Source: an uncultured Anaerolineaceae bacterium (GTDB lineage Bacteria; Chloroflexota; Anaerolineae; Anaerolineales; E44-bin32). Taken from it: a stretch of DNA of 64,000 nucleotides. Positions 58,031 to 64,000 of this stretch are shown in pieces. The notes beneath the pieces were generated by a model. The model was not told the origin of the DNA. It searched no databases and saw nothing but the letters and a program-made list of their open reading frames with translations. The stretch lies in NCBI GenBank assembly GCA_964385355.1, contig CAYLOO010000005.1:1850-65849 (forward strand), read 5' to 3'. How positions within the stretch are numbered: position 1 is the first letter of the stretch; each line of letters opens with the position of its first letter. A program made the translations under genes and the position numbers.

Positions 58031-58103
58031 GGGCCCGTAGCTCAGTGGTAAGAGCGGCCGGCTCATAACCGGTTGGTCGTAGGTTCGATTCCTACCGGGC
58101 CCA
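58031..58103 (+). tRNA. tRNA with CAT anticodon, most likely tRNA-Ile2 (lysidine)
   Basis: GGGCCCG/CGGGCCC acceptor stem; GCCGG-CTCATAA-CCGGT; GGTCGTAGGTTCGA resembles Ile2 more than Met tRNAs. Confidence 0.88.
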
Positions 58104-58585
58104 TATATGCCCCTAACAAGCCGTCCTCCTGTTGGGGGCGATTGCTATCCTCTTGAATACCCTTCTCGAATGCCGTAATCTGTAATAGACATTATCAGCC
58201 TCGGCCTGGATGGTTTTTGCTAGGGCACTCTCATTCCAAATGCATCGTAAATGATCGGGACCAACTACGTTGGTTGCATCAGTGAAACCTATCGCACCCA
58301 TAAAACGAAAATGGGCGTTTTGGAACAACGCCCATGTATTACCTATTGTTGTCTGTCGAACTTATCTAAACCCTCTAACGCTCTCCATGGTAAATGGTGC
58401 GTGAGATACCCCCGTCGTTTGAAGAACAGGATTAAGTAATACGCATGCCACTACCTTACCATGTTAATTTCCAGTATATTTACCCAACGTTGGTTGCGAC
58501 AAGCACCCAAGGCCATTGATAAATATTGTGGGATATAGGTCCGCTTGGGCCGCACTCGACGGCAACTGGACCCGTCACCGGGTGA

Positions 58586-58670
58586 ACAATTGGACTGATA
58601 TTTAGAACTGATGATGCTCGCTCTAAGCTCAAGGCGCTCTACCCATCGATATTCAAACGACGCCGGTACA
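58586..58670 (+). mobile_element. Degenerate 3' remnant of an IS630-family transposase
   Basis: 58586-58651 translates TIGLIFRTDDARSKLKALYPSI, resembling the 'W.F.T.DARIKLKRLYPSI' C-terminus of IS630-type transposases; no intact ORF. Confidence 0.5.
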
Positions 58671-58741
58671 GGATAAACTTGGTAGTGTGAATTATCCATC
58701 GATAATGTAATATATTAGTATCTCAAACCTCGAGGACAACT

Positions 58742-59953
58742 ATGGACACCATAATTACTCAGCAAATTGCCGACAATCTGTACCTGATTCGCACCATCGA
58801 CCGAAAAATAAAATATTTTGAAGCTTTGTGGGAAGTTCCTGAGGGCATGGTTTACAACGCTTATTTGCTCAAAACTTCCGAGGGCGCGGTGTTATTCGAT
58901 ACCACCAAAGCCAACTACACTGAACCGTTTCTGGAAGCTTTGCGCAGCCTGATCGATCCGAAAGAAATCAAGCATCTAATTATTCACCATATGGAACCTG
59001 ATCACAGCGGCGCGATGTCTGCAGTCCTGGAGGCTATCGGAGAGCACGTCCAGGTATGGGGCCATCCTTTCTCCAAGCGGTTGATTAAAAGCCTGTATGG
59101 ACTCGACCCCAATTTCCAGACAGTTAAGGATGATACGGTGCTGGAGTTTGGCGGCAGAAAGCTGACCTTCCAACAAATGCCTTGGCTTCACTGGCCTGAA
59201 ACCATGATTACCTATATGCCTGAAGAGGGATTCTTATTCGGCGGCGATATATTTGGCAGCTACGGTATCCCCGAAGGCATTTTTGACGACGACGGCGATG
59301 ACCTGCACGAATTCATACATCTGGCGCGTGAATATTTCGCCTCTGTTATTGGACACTATAAATCCTATGTCAGCAAAAACTTTCTCAAACTCGAAGGCGA
59401 TGCTGCCGCTCCTAAGATGATTCTTCCAGCGCATGGCTTGCTCTGGCGCAAGAATCCGTCCCAAATTATGGATGCCTACACCAATTGGGCTATTGGAACT
59501 CCTGAAAAAGGAAAGGTCGTCATCGTTTACTCGTCTATGTATGGCTTTGTAGAAAAATCAGTACAAGTCGTCATTGGCGATTTAAAAAAGCGTGGTTTCG
59601 ATCCTGAAGTATTGCGGTTCACTGACGAATATCGCGACGATTTGGTCGACGTTCTGGGCCAAATTCCCGATAGCGAAGCTATCGTTCTGGCCACCGCGAC
59701 TTATGAGGCAGGTGTTTTTCCACTGATGGCGTACATCATTGACGAAATACTGCATAAAGTCGCCTATGAAAAACCCATGCTCCTGCTCTCCGCTTTCGGT
59801 TGGGGTGGTATGGTTAGCAAACAATTGGTACCCAAGCTGGAAGAAAGCTCCTTCCAACTGGTTGACGCTATCGAAATTAATAGCCTACTGGATGATGAAG
59901 GCCGGGAAAATCTCCTGGCTGGGGTTAGCAAATTAGTGGACGCCATTCATTAG
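58742..59953 (+). CDS. fprA: FprA-family flavodiiron protein (MBL + flavodoxin domains)
   Basis: YNAYL, HHMEPDHSG, LHWPET, GGDIFG, PAHG, YSSMYG, FGWGG. Confidence 0.93.
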   Translation: MDTIITQQIADNLYLIRTIDRKIKYFEALWEVPEGMVYNAYLLKTSEGAVLFDTTKANYTEPFLEALRSLIDPKEIKHLIIHHMEPDHSGAMSAVLEAIGEHVQVWGHPFSKRLIKSLYGLDPNFQTVKDDTVLEFGGRKLTFQQMPWLHWPETMITYMPEEGFLFGGDIFGSYGIPEGIFDDDGDDLHEFIHLAREYFASVIGHYKSYVSKNFLKLEGDAAAPKMILPAHGLLWRKNPSQIMDAYTNWAIGTPEKGKVVIVYSSMYGFVEKSVQVVIGDLKKRGFDPEVLRFTDEYRDDLVDVLGQIPDSEAIVLATATYEAGVFPLMAYIIDEILHKVAYEKPMLLLSAFGWGGMVSKQLVPKLEESSFQLVDAIEINSLLDDEGRENLLAGVSKLVDAIH

Positions 59954-60311
59954 ATCTAAGCTTTCCAGCCTGTACTATCTTCCCACGCGCGGCGTAACCT
60001 TCCGGTCCATGTGCGGGGTTTTGCATTCGCCTCTAGCGAGAAAAGCAAGAACCTTCAAGCTAATGCCACACTAACCAATGCGGCAGCTAAGCTCAAGGGA
60101 ATAGTCCACCATAGGAAAACTCAAGACCATATCCAGCTTGAAGAAAAAGCTTCAATCTGCCGGATGCTTACAAGTCAGACGATTACCCAAATAGTGCCAG
60201 CCCGAGTAATTGATATCTGAGTTGAGAGTGGGTAGTACTGGTCTAATGCTTGCCGATGGCCCCTCACCCATGTAGAATTGGGCACTCCTTTATCAAGGAA
60301 AGACATATTTT

Positions 60312-61211
60312 ATGGATTTCATCCAGCGACTGTTCAGAAAGAAAACAGCTCCACCGCCAGATCAAGCTTCCACCGCCCCGTTAGATCCAAGCCAGGTCCC
60401 ATTCCCTTACTTTGAGGAGCTGCGTCGGCATATCACAACGGGGACGGCGCAATCGATCGGTGTCGCGAGAAAGAAAAATGATGACTCTCTGCTTGTGATC
60501 GTCGGCAGTGCGGATGGCGACGACGAACCTCCGGATTTCGGACTACTTTGTGTTGCCGATGGACTCGGGGGGCAGGAGCATGGCGCAACCGCCAGCGCGA
60601 TTTCGGTACGCACATTAGGAAGCAGCCTGACCCGCGGGGCGATCCTCGATCTTCTCGCATTGGAACCCGAGAGTCAACCTGGCTCCATGGATGATCTCGT
60701 CCGCCTAGCCATTCAACAGGCGAACCGAGAGGTTAGATCACGCGCTGAGGGCGGCGCTTCAACACTAACAATCGCGCTTGTAGTGGGGGACCAAGTGAAG
60801 ATCGGGCACGTTGGCGATACGCGCGCGTACTTCATAACCGAGGATAGCATCCAGCAGCTTACCCGCGATCATTCCCTGGTTCAGGAATTGGTTGACACCG
60901 GAACAATCACAGAAGAGGAAGCCCTTACGCACCCGCAGCGAAACGTTCTCTGGAACGCGATGGGGAAGGCGATTGACGTGAAGGTAGATGTAGTAACCCA
61001 AACTACACCTGCCGATGGGTACCTGCTCCTTTGCTCGGATGGGCTATGGGGCGTTATCCCCGATGAGGAGATACAAAAAACCACAATCCAAGCCGGTAAT
61101 CCTCAGCAGGCATGTGAAGACTTGGTTGCGGCTGCAAATACTGCCGGCGGTCCCGATAACGTCACCTGCGTCATGGCATATTTCCCGCCTCGACCTTCAA
61201 CTGCATATTGA
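60312..61211 (+). CDS. Soluble PP2C-family Ser/Thr phosphatase
   Basis: KNDDS, VADGLGG, VGDTRAY, DHSLVQE, LCSDGL, GGPDNVT. Confidence 0.93.
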   Translation: MDFIQRLFRKKTAPPPDQASTAPLDPSQVPFPYFEELRRHITTGTAQSIGVARKKNDDSLLVIVGSADGDDEPPDFGLLCVADGLGGQEHGATASAISVRTLGSSLTRGAILDLLALEPESQPGSMDDLVRLAIQQANREVRSRAEGGASTLTIALVVGDQVKIGHVGDTRAYFITEDSIQQLTRDHSLVQELVDTGTITEEEALTHPQRNVLWNAMGKAIDVKVDVVTQTTPADGYLLLCSDGLWGVIPDEEIQKTTIQAGNPQQACEDLVAAANTAGGPDNVTCVMAYFPPRPSTAY

Positions 61212-61355
61212 TTGCAAGCGCGGGCATTCGCATAGGACCGCAAATCAACCAGGCTCTCCTCTAAATTGAGCGCGTGACCAAACGGATTTGCGCCGCCCAA
61301 TTCCACGATATCAATATATCGTAGAGCCCGACCCATGTGCCGACTCGTCCCTTAA

Positions 61356-61439
61356 TGTCATTGCGAGCGAAGCGAAGCAATCTCCTCCTTTCTTGCGCGA
61401 AGATTGCCACGTCGCCCTGACGAGCTCCTCGCAATGATA
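61356..61439. repeat. Palindromic MITE/REP-like element (GTCATTGCGAG...CTCGCAATGA type)
   Basis: Terminal IR TGTCATTGCGAG / CTCGCAATGATA (11 of 12 match); internal IR GCAATCT / AGATTGC. Confidence 0.75.
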
Positions 61440-61822
61440 AATTCAGGAATGGTTCTGCACTACTCAATGTCATCTCGTGTGAGCCGCGTAGCGGTGACCC
61501 AGAAATCCCTGGGCTGTGACTTGGGAGAGCTCTGCAACTCAGGCGAACAGCTTCACTTCCTGATTAAGGTCGGAAGCAGACCTTCCGGACTCCACAATAA
61601 TAGGAAGAGAACCATTAATAAAAAGGAACGCCGGATGTGGGGGACCATCCGGACGCTCCAGAAAATTCGGGGTCCCATCTGGTTGTGCGCGGGGGCACAC
61701 ATTTCCAGTTGGGGGAATCCCCTAAGACAAACCCTTCAACCAACGCAAAACCAGCATAGGAGTGTGTCCTGCTTAAATATTACCCTAATCAGGTCATAAT
61801 TACATTAATAATAGGTGAGTTC

Positions 61823-62302
61823 TTAGGATGACGCCTGGTCTCGATCATTAAATAGCTTCTCCCATTCAGCGAGATCTTCATCACTCATTGCACCCATGGG
61901 CTTCTCGCTTTGGACAGAAGTGTTTGTGCTCGTGGAGATCATCTGACCGAACGCGTCGCTATGGAGCACCACTGCGCCCGCTCTACCTGCCGCAGAGATG
62001 ACTTCACGATCGGAGGAAACGATCGTCCAGTTCGGCGCTTCTTTATCAAGTTTGAGCAAGTGATCGCGGATGGCGTCGTCCGCCGTTCGCGGGAGACGGA
62101 TGAATCTAACCTTAACCCTCCCGCTATTAATCGTCGGCTCTCCACCAGGGACGCCGCGGTCGAAATACACTGTCGCCCGGCGATTGGAGCGAGAGCAGAA
62201 ACCCTGCAGCATCTCGACAAGTTTTCGCTCATCATCAGGATCGGAAAGATCGAGGTCGGGAAGCGCGGCGATTAAGTTATGGCCGTCGATTATGAAGGGC
62301 AT
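61823..62302 (-). CDS. NYN-domain (YacP-like PIN-fold) protein
   Basis: IIDGHNLI, VYFDRG, TADDAI, IVSSDREV. Confidence 0.9.
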   Translation of the reverse strand: MPFIIDGHNLIAALPDLDLSDPDDERKLVEMLQGFCSRSNRRATVYFDRGVPGGEPTINSGRVKVRFIRLPRTADDAIRDHLLKLDKEAPNWTIVSSDREVISAAGRAGAVVLHSDAFGQMISTSTNTSVQSEKPMGAMSDEDLAEWEKLFNDRDQASS

Positions 62303-62494
62303 TGGGGCTCCTCAGCCGGGATATTTCGTAGGGTTTATATCCCTTCGTACAACAGTGGGTGGGCGGATATCAGTCCACCCGAATTCGAGGTAGTGTCGAG
62401 CTTAAAATCGATCGTTGCGGTCGGTTTATTCTACTGCCTTGGCTCTAAGTGTGGCAATTCCCTTTCACAGCAAGCTGTGCTATCATGCGCGGCC

Positions 62495-63244
62495 ATGGGA
62501 AACGCACGACGAGCTACATGGCGACAGTATCTCCTTTATTTGGGCATTAATGTCCTCGTCTCTGCGATCACTGTCCTCATTGTGCTCAATCTATGGGATC
62601 GAAGATCCCCACTTGAACTTGTGACGCCGACGGCGACAATCGATGTAATCGCTCAGGTAGACAACGCTATTCCTACGCTGACCCCGACAACACCCCCATC
62701 TCCAACACCCAAGACCTATACCGTCCGCGCAGGCGACACAATTTCTAATATCGCCGGTGAGTTTGGCATCTCGATGGAAGAACTTATGGCGGCCAATCGC
62801 TTGCAGGACCCTAACGAGCTATCGGTGGGGCAGGTGCTGATCATCCCTGAAGTTGAGGGGGCTGTAACGGCGCCAAGCGCCAGCGAGACCCGATCTCCTG
62901 AAGCAACGTCCACCCCCGACCCGGCTAAAGCCCAGCAAGTTGGGATCAACGGCATTGTCGGCGCGGGGGACTTGGAGTCGGAGTCTATTCGTCTGCTAAA
63001 TACAGGGAATGAAGTCTCTATGGCTGGCTGGACGCTGGATGATGGCGATGGTCATTTTTTCAACTTCCCTGATTTCGCTTTTTACAGCACCGGGGCAGTT
63101 GACGTCCATTCAAGAGCGGGTACAAACACCACGATTGATCTGTACTGGGGGCTTGACCAGGCTATATGGACGCCGGGCAAGGTGATCTATCTTCGCAGCG
63201 TAAGCGGCGATCTAGTGTCCTCCTTAAAAGTCCCCGCGAATTAA
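62495..63244 (+). CDS. Membrane-anchored LysM + lamin-tail (LTD)-like domain protein
   Basis: N-terminal TM; LysM YTVRAGDTISNIA...ANRL..PNELSVGQVLIIP; C-terminal ESIRLLN...GWTLDD. Confidence 0.85.
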   Translation: MGNARRATWRQYLLYLGINVLVSAITVLIVLNLWDRRSPLELVTPTATIDVIAQVDNAIPTLTPTTPPSPTPKTYTVRAGDTISNIAGEFGISMEELMAANRLQDPNELSVGQVLIIPEVEGAVTAPSASETRSPEATSTPDPAKAQQVGINGIVGAGDLESESIRLLNTGNEVSMAGWTLDDGDGHFFNFPDFAFYSTGAVDVHSRAGTNTTIDLYWGLDQAIWTPGKVIYLRSVSGDLVSSLKVPAN

Positions 63245-63427
63245 CGAATTCATCCAACAGCGTTCAATTCCAACATGATGTCACCTAGGATCTCTAGCGC
63301 GGGTATCACAACCTCGATCCATCCTGAGGTTAACACGTGCCGCGATTCGTGAAGTATACAAAATCAGTCTCCTCGGTGGATTGACCCTGCTGGTAGAATT
63401 GATGAAACGTATGAACTTAATTAGGTG

Positions 63428-63456
63428 AAAGAAAAACCGGCCATTCGGCCGGCTTT
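63428..63456 (-). terminator. Intrinsic terminator after tatA
   Basis: On the minus strand GCCGGCC-GAAT-GGCCGGT followed by TTTTCTTT. Confidence 0.8.
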
Positions 63457-63480
63457 GGTCATGCGCTGATGTTGGAGATG

Positions 63481-63669
63481 TCAGTCTCCGTCTTCTGGTT
63501 CTTCTTCCTTGGATGGCTCCTCCCCACTCTCGCTATCCTGAATACCCGTCCGGAATTCTTTGATCCCTTGGCCAATTTCGCCGGCGATCTTGCTCAAGCG
63601 ACCGGGGCCAAAAATCAGGACGATGATGATCAAGATGACAATTAGTTCCCAGCCACGCGGCAGCGTCAT
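63481..63669 (-). CDS. tatA: Twin-arginine translocase TatA/TatE subunit
   Basis: GWELIVILIIIVLIFGPGRL...GQGIKEFR. Confidence 0.95.
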   Translation of the reverse strand: MTLPRGWELIVILIIIVLIFGPGRLSKIAGEIGQGIKEFRTGIQDSESGEEPSKEEEPEDGD

Positions 63670-63873
63670 AGCTCCCTCCAGATTGTGTCTGTCTTATAAA
63701 ATTATAACATCCTTCCCTTTCTATGGGACTTACTATCGGCGAGTTTCTTGCGCCGTGGAATTGCGTCTGCTAAACTCGCATCCGGTTTGAGTTCGTGGGC
63801 GGAGTATTTTGTCGAGCGTAGAGTTGCCATGGGCAAGTAATTAAAGCAATATATAAATCAGCGAGGAATGGAA

Positions 63874-64000
63874 ATGACACAAGCTCTCTACCGTAAGTGG
63901 CGACCACAGCGTTGGGATGAAGTCTGCGGACAGGATCACATTATTCATACGCTTCGGAACGCAGTACGGGGAGATCGTGTCGCCCACGCGTACTTGTTCG
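63874..64000 (+). CDS. dnaX: DNA polymerase III subunit gamma/tau (5' end; runs off the window edge)
   Basis: Manual translation [42 protein letters not shown]. Confidence 0.95.
   Translation, partial: MTQALYRKWRPQRWDEVCGQDHIIHTLRNAVRGDRVAHAYLF

Noticed and set aside
59960-60240. Possible membrane-gene remnant downstream of fprA
   Set aside because: Only short stop-interrupted hydrophobic stretches are present; no family could be assigned.
56174-60300. Prophage or ICE integrated at the tRNA genes
   Set aside because: No integrase, no phage genes and no duplicated tRNA 3' end were found.
61404-61799. 131-aa plus-strand ORF
   Set aside because: It starts inside a palindromic repeat and shows no coding signal.
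63670-63873. SRP RNA (ffs), which often lies upstream of dnaX
   Set aside because: No CAGG...GRAA...AGCAG domain-IV motif is present.
1-64000. CRISPR array, rRNA, tmRNA, RNase P RNA
   Set aside because: No regularly spaced direct repeats or diagnostic conserved motifs were seen on manual reading.

Overview
64-kb chromosomal window (about 55% GC by eye) that reads as an Anaerolineae/Chloroflexota core-genome segment; the taxon is inferred from gene families and from Gram-positive-type LexA boxes. It holds housekeeping genes (uvrC, PGM/PMM, glycerate kinase, hom, rarA, maf, a PBP, rsgA, coaE, guaA, xpt, lexA, tatA, the start of dnaX) and three tRNAs. I found no prophage, CRISPR array or intact transposase. 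The strongest candidate for an uncharacterised system is a tightly coupled operon at 2535-9930. It encodes a GlmL/'glutamate mutase L'-type actin-fold (ASKHA) ATPase with no glutamate mutase in the window, a DUF6754-like protein, two polytopic membrane proteins, a Zn-ribbon/acidic Trp-repeat membrane scaffold and a barrel-sandwich-hybrid/KOW protein. Other highlights: (1) an unannotated Met-rich leader-peptide attenuator with a visible terminator/antiterminator upstream of tandem GNATs; (2) a perfect LexA box on the nurA-HAS-herA promoter; (3) a LexA with Ala-Ser at the scissile position; (4) a 6S-like rod-shaped ncRNA candidate; (5) degenerate PP2C and FHA signalling modules; (6) the SCO1664/DUF3090/phosphomutase triad. 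All family assignments come from motif recognition by eye; no database searches were run.
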